Shown one piece after another: positions 57,254 through 64,000 of a stretch of 64,000 nt of DNA (positions within the stretch are counted from its first letter, which is position 1; each line of letters begins with the position of its first letter). The notes under the pieces are model-generated. The model was given only the letters and a program-made list of their open reading frames with translations. It ran no database searches and was not told where the DNA came from. Origin of the DNA: Ostreococcus lucimarinus (lineage: Eukaryota). Made by a program: the position numbers and the translations under genes. The stretch is taken from the NCBI GenBank assembly GCA_000092065.1, contig CP000588.1; one strand, given 5' to 3'.

Positions 57254-59317
57254 ATGGGTTCGTCCACGCCGAAGAAGGAGAAGAAAGAAAAGAAGGAGAA
57301 GAAAGAGAAGCGCTCGAGCGAGGACAAATCGCCGGGCGGCGGCGATGAGCGGTCGAAAAAGCAAAAAGTGCAGGACGATGGCGGCGGCGGCGAACCCACG
57401 CGCGTGCGCGTCGTTGGACTCACGAAGACCGCGAACGCGGACGGCGTGGGCGCGTTTCTGGGTTTGGACGCCGCGAGCGTCGTGGTCGGGATGTGGGGAA
57501 CGCACGGGAAAGGCCCGAAGCCACCGGGAGGGCAAGCGTTCGCGACGACGGCGTCCCGAAGCGCGGCGGAGAAGCTCGTCGAGGCGTTCGATGGAAAAAC
57601 GCTGGATGGAGTCGAGTTGAAGGTGATAGTGGATGATGGAGACGTCGCGGTGCACTCGAATGGGGGAGTGACGCCCGGGAAGGACGCGAAGCCGACGATA
57701 AAGACCATGGAGGTGCCGCGACCGCCGTTGTTCGGCGGCGGCGGCGGCGCGGCGGCGAATGTATCCGTGTCAAACGCCGATACCGCGCCTTCGATGTCGC
57801 CGCATGATGTACGAGCGGACGATTGGTCGTGTGGGGCGTGTGGGTGTAGTAACTTTGCACGGCGAACGTCGTGCTTTAGGTGTGCGGCGCCGAAGAGCGC
57901 GACGACGAGCGGGGCGCCGGCGACTGCGGTGAACACCGCGGCGGCGCGCGCGTCAGCGCAAGGAAACGCACAAGATGGGTATGAGGTGTTTTTGAAGTAT
58001 TTGCCGCACAGCGCGAACGAAGAGGAGGTGACCAAGTATTTCGCCGACTGCGGCGCCATGGTCAGTCAGGCGCGTCTGTTGCGCGACCCGCAGTCGGGTC
58101 AACCCAAAGGAGCGGGATTCATCACGTTCGTAGACGAAGCGGGCAGAAACGAGGCGTTGAAGCGCGACGGTGCGCGATTCGGCGGTCGCAACGTGTCCGT
58201 GACGGTGGCGAAAAAGAGCACGTTCGGCGTGCGCGCCACGGATCAGGCGTACGGAACGCACACGCCGGCGATGTTAGCGGAAACCATCGCGGCTCTCGTC
58301 GCCCCTGATCGCTCGGGCGTGTACGTGGACGGAACTTTCGGACGTGGAGGTCACACGCGCGGAATTCTCGCCGCGCTTTCCGCCGAGGGTCGCTTGCACG
58401 CGTTCGACATGGATCCAGAGGCGATCAAGGTGGGCAAGGAGCTCGAAAGAGAAGACTCCAGGTTTAAGATTCACCACGCCCCGTTCGGATGCATGGCGGA
58501 CGTTTTGAGACCGCTCGGCGTGAAACCGTCTGGAGTATTCTTAGATTTAGGGATTTCTTCGCCCCAATTCGACGACTCGTCGCGAGGGTTCCGACCCGAG
58601 CAAGACGGTCCGCTCGACTTGCGCTTTGACGTCGAGCGCGGCGTCCCCGCGAGCGAGTATCTCAGACTCGTTTCGCGCGAAGAACTTCGACGGGTGATTC
58701 ACGAATACGGTGAGACCACTGATCCAATCGCCGCCCGTCGAATCACGGACGCCATCGTGCTCGCGCGTGAAAACGGTTCGCTCCCGAGCACGACGAAGGA
58801 ATTCGCCGCCCTCGTCGCCAAGGCCAAAGGCAAAGAATACCAGATGATGCATCCCGCCAAGCTCACGTTCCAAGCTTTACGCATCGCGCTGAACCAAGAG
58901 TTTGACGAGATGCGACGCGGTATGCACGCCGCATTCGATATCATGCCCGAACACGGACGTTTGGGCATCCTCACCTGGAAGCACAGCGAGTGCGCCATCG
59001 TCGTCGACTTTTTCCGCGACTACGAAGTCATCCGCGACGACTTCCCCCTCTACGAGTGGGCGCTCAAGAACCACGCCGATAAGTGCTCGAAGAAGCTTGA
59101 ACGCAAGTGGGGCATGCACATGGACGACGCTCAGCGCCCGAGCGAGCAAGAGATGCGTCAAAACAGCCGTTCGCGTTCCGCGACGCTTCACGTCCTCCGC
59201 AAGCGCGAAGCCGTGCGCATCGCCGACTTGGAGCGCCTCTCGTACAAGCTCAAGGGTTGGGGCAAGATCCCAGACGCGAAACCGGCGCCACCGGTGACGT
59301 TCAACTACAAGATATAG
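57254..59317 (+). CDS. Fusion protein: RRM - RanBP2-type zinc finger - RRM - 16S rRNA m4C methyltransferase RsmH/MraW (METTL15-like)
   Basis: N-terminal K/E-rich tail 'PKKEKKEKKEKKEKR'. RRM-like 'RVRVVGLT..AEKLVEAFDGKTLDGVELKV'. ZnF_RBZ 'WSCGACGCSNFARRTSCFRCAAPK'. RRM 'YEVFLKYLPHSANEEEVTKYFADCG...KGAGFITFVDEAGRNEAL'. RsmH motifs 'VYVDGTFGRGGHTRGIL', 'DMDPEAI', 'GVFLDLGISSPQFDDSSRGF', 'DGPLDLRFD'. Start set at 'MGSSTPKKEKK' (57254) inside ORF 57080..59317. Confidence 0.75.
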   Translation: MGSSTPKKEKKEKKEKKEKRSSEDKSPGGGDERSKKQKVQDDGGGGEPTRVRVVGLTKTANADGVGAFLGLDAASVVVGMWGTHGKGPKPPGGQAFATTASRSAAEKLVEAFDGKTLDGVELKVIVDDGDVAVHSNGGVTPGKDAKPTIKTMEVPRPPLFGGGGGAAANVSVSNADTAPSMSPHDVRADDWSCGACGCSNFARRTSCFRCAAPKSATTSGAPATAVNTAAARASAQGNAQDGYEVFLKYLPHSANEEEVTKYFADCGAMVSQARLLRDPQSGQPKGAGFITFVDEAGRNEALKRDGARFGGRNVSVTVAKKSTFGVRATDQAYGTHTPAMLAETIAALVAPDRSGVYVDGTFGRGGHTRGILAALSAEGRLHAFDMDPEAIKVGKELEREDSRFKIHHAPFGCMADVLRPLGVKPSGVFLDLGISSPQFDDSSRGFRPEQDGPLDLRFDVERGVPASEYLRLVSREELRRVIHEYGETTDPIAARRITDAIVLARENGSLPSTTKEFAALVAKAKGKEYQMMHPAKLTFQALRIALNQEFDEMRRGMHAAFDIMPEHGRLGILTWKHSECAIVVDFFRDYEVIRDDFPLYEWALKNHADKCSKKLERKWGMHMDDAQRPSEQEMRQNSRSRSATLHVLRKREAVRIADLERLSYKLKGWGKIPDAKPAPPVTFNYKI

Positions 59318-59414
59318 CGCGTCGTCGTTCGTCGCATTCTAGCTTTGTCCCGTTGTCAATCGTCGCCTCGACGAAGTCTTTCCCAGCTCGCGCCGCACTC
59401 CCGCGCGCCGCACC

Positions 59415-59786
59415 ATGCGCGTCGGCGTCCCGTCGACGCGCGCGCCGTCGACGCGCCCATCGCCATCGTTCGCGCCGTCCGCGTCGTCGTCGTCCGCGCG
59501 CGCGTCGCGCCCCGCGCGCGCGAACACCGTCTCGACACTCTTCGCAACCGGCGACGACGCGCGCGGCGACGCGTCGCGTCGCGCCGATCCCGCGCCCGAG
59601 ACGCGGTGTCCGGTGTGCCGCGGCACGGGCTGGAAGCCGTGCGGGCAGTGCGAGGGCACGGGGATCAACCCGAGCGACGCGTTCGGGGGCAAGTTTAAAG
59701 CCGGCGACGCGTGTTGGCTGTGCGAGGGCAAAAACGGCGCGCGGACGATGTGCGGGAACTGCGTCGACCTCACGGACACGTTTTGA
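59415..59786 (+). CDS. DnaJ-like zinc-finger (CxxCxGxG) protein, BSD2-like, with Ser/Ala/Arg-rich presequence
   Basis: Four Cys pairs in the C-terminal 60 aa: 'CPVCRGTG', 'CGQCEGTG', 'CWLCEG', 'CGNC'. This is the DnaJ zinc-finger-only architecture of the plastid BSD2/LQY1-type family. N-terminal 70 aa are transit-peptide-like. Confidence 0.6.
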   Translation: MRVGVPSTRAPSTRPSPSFAPSASSSSARASRPARANTVSTLFATGDDARGDASRRADPAPETRCPVCRGTGWKPCGQCEGTGINPSDAFGGKFKAGDACWLCEGKNGARTMCGNCVDLTDTF

Positions 59787-59858
59787 GCGCGCGCGTCGTC
59801 TCATCCACCGACGTTTTGTCTTCTATTCGTCCTGATCTAATCTACCGACGTTTGTTTT

Positions 59859-60587
59859 CTACTCGTCTCTCTCTCTCGCGCGCGCGCGGCGTCGACCCGC
59901 CTCGCGACCGTTGACGTACTCGGCGGTTTCGACGAGCTCGCGCAGAAACGCGTCGACGCCCGACGCCCCGTCGTCGTTCTCCAACACCTCCAGCATGAAC
60001 TCCCGCTGACGCCGCGTGACGAACGCGATGCACTTCTCGGGACATCGCTCGCTCGCGCACCACTCGGCGTACGCCAGCGCCGACGTCTCGTCCGCGCTCG
60101 CGTCCCCGAAGTCATCCCGCTCGATCCATCGCGCCTTCCCGGTCGTCGCGTCCGCGACGAACGACCTCGGCGCCGCCTCGACGCAGCTCGACGCGCACGC
60201 CGCCGCGCCACGACACCGCGTCGCCGCGACGAATCCGTGTCGCGCGCCGTCGAACGTCCTTGCGAGCGTCTTCGCCGCGAACGCGTCGCCGTCGCCGTCG
60301 CTCGCGCTCGCGAGCGTCCCGTCGCGCGCTGACGCCATCGCGCGCTCGTACGCCGCGCGCACCGCGAGCGCGCGCGCGGTCGACCCTCGCGCGGCGTCCG
60401 GGTGCGCGTCGCGCATCGTCGCGCGGTACGCGTCGCGCACGTCTCGCTCGGTGAGCGTCGCGGCGTCGCGCGCGTCGAGCCCGAGGCGTCGCAGCGCCGA
60501 CGCCGCGTCGTCCGAGGACGACGCCGCGACGCGCGACGCGCGGCGCGGCGGCGGAAAACGCGTCGGCGCGAATCCGAGCGCGCGCAT
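59859..60587 (-). CDS. J-domain protein with C-terminal Cys-rich (possibly Fe-S/ferredoxin-like) region
   Basis: J domain with HPD: 'DVRDAYRATMRDAHPDAARGS'. Cys clusters 'CRGAAACASSC' and 'CASERCPEKC' resemble, loosely, plant J-like/ferredoxin fusion proteins. Not canonical CxxCxxCxxxCP. Confidence 0.45.
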   Translation of the reverse strand: MRALGFAPTRFPPPRRASRVAASSSDDAASALRRLGLDARDAATLTERDVRDAYRATMRDAHPDAARGSTARALAVRAAYERAMASARDGTLASASDGDGDAFAAKTLARTFDGARHGFVAATRCRGAAACASSCVEAAPRSFVADATTGKARWIERDDFGDASADETSALAYAEWCASERCPEKCIAFVTRRQREFMLEVLENDDGASGVDAFLRELVETAEYVNGREAGRRRARARERDE

Positions 60588-60659
60588 CGAAGTGCGGCGC
60601 GGATTCGACGCAAAACGCGACGCGACGCGGCGCTAAAGCGCGTCGCGAGTCCCGCGAAC

Positions 60660-61670
60660 ATGCGCGGCGCGTCGCGTCGCGCCGCCGCGGTCGTCGCGCG
60701 CGCGCCGGGGCGCGCGGCGTCCCAGTCGCGCGCGCGTCGAATCCGCGAATTGCACTTTTCGGGCGACGAAAACGCCGCGCACCGCGCGCCGCGCGCGCGA
60801 ACGGCGCGCGCGAGCGCGCGAGACGGTCGACGCGCGCACGCCGCCGATGCGGACGGCGTCGAGCGCGTGTCGAGCGCGGAGAACGCGACGGTGAAGCACT
60901 TTGTAAAGTTGTGCAAGAGCAAGGCGTACCGGGACGAGCGCGGGACGGTGGTGCTGTCGTCGAGCGTGCTCATGCGCGAGTGCTTCGGGCGCGCGGGAGA
61001 GGGGCGCGAAGCGAAAACGCTGTTCGTCGCGGATTGGGCGGAGGCGCCGGCGGGAATTCGGGCGAAGAGGGTGATTCGGGCGCCGGCGAGCGTGCTGAAA
61101 AAGTGCGCGGGGGTGAACAACGCGGACGGGTTGGACGCCGTGGGGGAGTTCGCGTCGCCGGTGATCATGAACGCGCGCGAGTTCGTCGATGGTGCGAAAC
61201 AGAGGGACGTCGTGCGCGTGCTCGCGGTGGAGGGGGTGCAAGATCCCGGGAATTTGGGAACGCTCACGCGCACGGCGGTGGCGTTCGGTTGGGACACCGT
61301 GGCTTTACTTCCGGGAACGTGCGATCCGTTCAACGACAAGGCGATGCGCGCGGCGCGTGGGGCGACGTTTCGAGTCGATTTCGTCGCCTTCGATTCGTTC
61401 GACGATCTCGCGAGCGCTGGAAGAGAATTGAACATGGAGTTGTACGCCGCCGAGCCGAGCGCGAAAGAAGACGTCGACCCCGAACGGGCAAAGGCTGTGG
61501 CGAAGGCGTGTCTGGTGCTCGGTACCGAAGGTCAAGGATTGAGCGACGATGCCTTGCGCGCGTGCAAGCCGGTGGCGATTCCGATGTCGGGGGAGATGGA
61601 AAGCTTAAACGTCGGCATCGCGGGTGGCGTTCTGATGTATTTGATGCAGGCTACTACGAAGACCCGATGA
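60660..61670 (+). CDS. SpoU/TrmH-family (SPOUT) RNA 2'-O-ribose methyltransferase, probable organellar rRNA methyltransferase
   Basis: 'VLAVEGVQDPGNLGTLTRTAVAFGWD', 'LVLGTEGQGLS', 'VAIPMSGEMESLNVGIAGGVLMY' are the three SPOUT motifs. Arg/Ala-rich N-terminus. Start at 'MRGASRR' (60660) within ORF 60402..61670. Confidence 0.75.
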   Translation: MRGASRRAAAVVARAPGRAASQSRARRIRELHFSGDENAAHRAPRARTARASARDGRRAHAADADGVERVSSAENATVKHFVKLCKSKAYRDERGTVVLSSSVLMRECFGRAGEGREAKTLFVADWAEAPAGIRAKRVIRAPASVLKKCAGVNNADGLDAVGEFASPVIMNAREFVDGAKQRDVVRVLAVEGVQDPGNLGTLTRTAVAFGWDTVALLPGTCDPFNDKAMRAARGATFRVDFVAFDSFDDLASAGRELNMELYAAEPSAKEDVDPERAKAVAKACLVLGTEGQGLSDDALRACKPVAIPMSGEMESLNVGIAGGVLMYLMQATTKTR

Positions 61671-61756
61671 ATTAGAAGAAACTAGCTACGTGCGTGTGTG
61701 ATAAAATATAGCGCAGAAATAGTACAGTGGCGGTTGCTTCGTTCGTTCGACGTGCC

Positions 61757-62668
61757 TCAAATCGTCATCCCAGTCGCGTGCGGGACGACCCGCGAAAGGA
61801 ACGCGTACGTGCCTCCGGCGACGAGCAAAAAGCCGCTCGTCGGATTCACCCACGCGCTCTTCTCCCGCAGCGCCATCACGGATTTCAACCCATCCGTCGC
61901 CGTCGCGGCGAATAATAACGGTGCGACATACCCCGACGTGTACGTCAACAGCAACGTCCCCCCCGACAACGGATCACCGCTCGACGCCGCGTACGCCAAC
62001 AACGTCGCCAAAATCGGCGTCGCGCACGGCGACGCCGCCAGCGCGAACACCGCCCCCGCGATGTACGCCTGCAGCACCGGCGACACTCGCACAGACTTTG
62101 GATCGAAATTCGCCCCGAACGACGGAAAGCTCACCTCGACGACGTCTAACAGGTTCAATCCCATGGCGACGGCGAGCGCCGCCGCCGCCGTCGGCAATCC
62201 GTCGCCCAAGCCTTGCCCGTACGCCGCTCCGAAGCTCGCCGCTACCACTCCTAACGCCGCCAGTGTGCTCGCTAATCCTCCGGCGAACGCGACGCTCGCC
62301 ACGCGCACCGTTTTCGCGCGCTCTTCCGCGCTCGGCGCTTCGCCCGCGCCGCCGCCGCCGCCGTACCCGCCGATGTATCCAATCGTCAGCGGCAACACGC
62401 TCAGCGTGCACGGCGATAGCGACGTGAACACCCCCGCGGCGAGGACGGTGACGTACGTCGTCGCGCCGACGGTGCCGCCGCCGAGGACGTCGGCGCCGAT
62501 CGCCGCGTCGAGGGACTGCGTGGCGTCGTAGAGCGCGACGTCGAGCGACGCGAATGCGCGTCGATCGCGCCGCGCGCGGCGATCGGAAGCGCGTCGAGGG
62601 CGCGGCGCGCGCGCGAGTCGCGAGTGACGCGCGAACGCGCGGCGCGCGGGCGCGGACGTCGAGCGCAT
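61757..62668 (-). CDS. CCDA: CcdA/DsbD-family thiol-disulfide transporter (cytochrome c-type biogenesis protein CcdA-like)
   Basis: Six-TM protein with the two conserved Cys motifs 'SLSPCTLSVLPL' and 'LAASPCATPILA'. Arg-rich presequence. Confidence 0.75.
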   Translation of the reverse strand: MRSTSAPARRAFARHSRLARAPRPRRASDRRARRDRRAFASLDVALYDATQSLDAAIGADVLGGGTVGATTYVTVLAAGVFTSLSPCTLSVLPLTIGYIGGYGGGGGAGEAPSAEERAKTVRVASVAFAGGLASTLAALGVVAASFGAAYGQGLGDGLPTAAAALAVAMGLNLLDVVEVSFPSFGANFDPKSVRVSPVLQAYIAGAVFALAASPCATPILATLLAYAASSGDPLSGGTLLLTYTSGYVAPLLFAATATDGLKSVMALREKSAWVNPTSGFLLVAGGTYAFLSRVVPHATGMTI

Positions 62669-62755
62669 GGCGTCGACGAGTGCGGGGCGCCGGGACGGCG
62701 GACGAAGCGAGTCGCTGAATAATGTTACACGTGTTGCTGTTCAACCGATTGACGA

Positions 62756-64000
62756 TCACGCGCGGACGATGACGGAACCCGAACGCGTGTGGTAACGCAC
62801 GCCTTGCGTCGGCTTGTACTTTTCGTTGCGGACTTGTAAGGTTTCGACCTTGATGCCGCTGACGCCGGCGCCGGGAACGCGGAAGGAGGCGGTGATGTCG
62901 ACGACTTCTTGCAGTTGCACGCGACGCTGTGCGACGGCGACGGCGGGCTTGGCGGCGATTGCGTTGGAGGCGTTCGTCGCCGTCGTCGTCGGTTCGTCGT
63001 CGTCGTCGGCGCGCATGGTGACCTGGACGGATAAGCACGGCGTCTTGTCCGCGGGGAACTTTTCGATGACCCAGTGCACGGTGTTGCTCGTGACGTCGAA
63101 CGTCGCGTCGCCGTGCGTGGACGTAGGATCGGCACCGATGACGCGCGATGGTAAGCGCACGTCCAAGGTGACCGACTCGACGGGTTTCTCGAACGCGGGC
63201 TTGGAGCCGACGACGACGCTCACGCGTCCTTGCTGCGCGCCGAACGCGCACTGCGGACGAATGTACAGCGGTAACGGCACCGAACTCAGGTTATCGCTAT
63301 TCGCCGTCTTCAACCACGGATTGGCTTTGATGTATCGCGGTTGCCACTGATCGACGTCTTGCTTGCTCGTCGGCGGTCGAACCTTGTACGACATCAACAC
63401 GCTCGAGCCGTCGGCGGGAACGAAGGACACCACGCGATCGCTCGCGAAGCGCGACAGACGCACGCTCGGGTGAAAGCTGTACTCCTCGATCAAGTGCGAG
63501 TTGCTCAGGGTCAGGTTGATGTCCGGCATCCCGCTCAATCGAGAGTTGACTTCAATCCTCCCGTACACCGCCGACGACAGCACCTTGCCCTCCGCGTCAA
63601 TCGTCGCGTCGATGGTTTCGATGAGATCCAAATAAATCTCATTGCTCGTGTACTTGATATTATTCGGGCGCCACGGCAACGGGAGCAACTTGAGCGGATC
63701 TTGATCGCTCACGATGACGCCTTGATTCCCCATCACCGTCGCCGTGACGCGATTGTACAAGTTCGGCGGCGGCACCAGCACCTTCAACCCCCCCGCGTGC
63801 GTGTTCACCGGTATCCCACTATCCAGCATCTCATCCAACAACTGATACAGCGTCACGTGGTGCTCTTGCAGCGTCGTCTCCGTGACGCTCTCTCCGAAGT
63901 ACGCGCGCAGCACGTCGTACAATTGCGACAAGAATTCGATCACCAACAACGGCGCCGTCTCCCTCGAGCACGTCGCCACGTACGTCACCTCGCCTCGCGT
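62756..64000 (-). CDS. Adaptor-protein (AP) complex mu subunit, 5'-partial (N-terminus beyond window end)
   Basis: Longin-like segment 'LLVIEFLSQLYDVLRAYFG..LYQLLDEMLDSGIPVNT' and mu-homology domain 'HPSVRLSRFASDRVVSFVPADGSSVLMSYKV' (compare AP mu '[32 protein letters not shown]'). The reading frame continues to base 64000. Confidence 0.75.
   Translation of the reverse strand, partial: TRGEVTYVATCSRETAPLLVIEFLSQLYDVLRAYFGESVTETTLQEHHVTLYQLLDEMLDSGIPVNTHAGGLKVLVPPPNLYNRVTATVMGNQGVIVSDQDPLKLLPLPWRPNNIKYTSNEIYLDLIETIDATIDAEGKVLSSAVYGRIEVNSRLSGMPDINLTLSNSHLIEEYSFHPSVRLSRFASDRVVSFVPADGSSVLMSYKVRPPTSKQDVDQWQPRYIKANPWLKTANSDNLSSVPLPLYIRPQCAFGAQQGRVSVVVGSKPAFEKPVESVTLDVRLPSRVIGADPTSTHGDATFDVTSNTVHWVIEKFPADKTPCLSVQVTMRADDDDEPTTTATNASNAIAAKPAVAVAQRRVQLQEVVDITASFRVPGAGVSGIKVETLQVRNEKYKPTQGVRYHTRSGSVIVRA

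Noticed and set aside
59107-59835. 242-aa + ORF (Arg/Ala-rich) overlapping the RsmH-fusion 3' end and the BSD2-like gene
   Set aside because: Different frame from two genes with clear motifs. Composition artefact.
1-64000. Prokaryotic interpretation (operons, CRISPR arrays, RBS-based starts)
   Set aside because: Gene content is unambiguously eukaryotic (TRRAP, ARP6, snurportin, AP mu, eIF2B-eps, UTP13, RPS29 with a GT-AG intron). No direct-repeat/spacer arrays, no rRNA, and no recognisable tRNA (I scanned the longer spacers for T-loop-like 'GTTCGAATC' motifs and found none).

Overview
This 64 kb window is GC-rich (about 65% by eye, with strong GC3 codon bias), very gene-dense nuclear DNA from a eukaryote. 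It is not prokaryotic or viral. The gene content is eukaryote-specific: TRRAP/Tra1, ARP6, snurportin, AP-complex mu subunit, eIF2B-epsilon, UTP13, DDX10, and an RPS29 gene interrupted by a GT-AG intron. Several genes are plastid- or starch-related: a phosphoglucan water dikinase with CBM20, a BSD2-like zinc finger protein, CcdA, a CHI-like protein, a J-domain protein with a Cys-rich tail, and an organellar L34. Together with the compact, almost intronless gene structure, this points to the nuclear genome of a small green alga (prasinophyte / Mamiellophyceae; Micromonas- or Ostreococcus-like). That taxon assignment is inference, not proven. I support about 33 protein-coding genes on both strands, separated by 40-200 bp spacers. 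Convergent gene ends sit in short AT-rich islands, and divergent pairs share spacers under 100 bp. Most of the remaining six-frame ORFs are Arg/Ala-rich artefacts of the GC-rich sequence lying antisense to real genes. The stand-out observation is a single uninterrupted 1951-codon ORF (49589..55444, minus strand) that encodes five tandem, mutually diverged bestrophin-like (UPF0187/Best) anion-channel domains in one polypeptide. Bestrophins are homopentameric channels, so this looks like a covalently concatenated pseudo-pentameric channel. Other notable items: an RRM-ZnF(RanBP2)-RRM-RsmH/MraW fusion; a DUF1244-MogA fusion; an orphan Ser/Thr-rich membrane protein; a tandem ~154 bp intergenic duplication; several microsatellites; and a 289 bp GC-rich intron in RPS29, which is the only clear intron I found.
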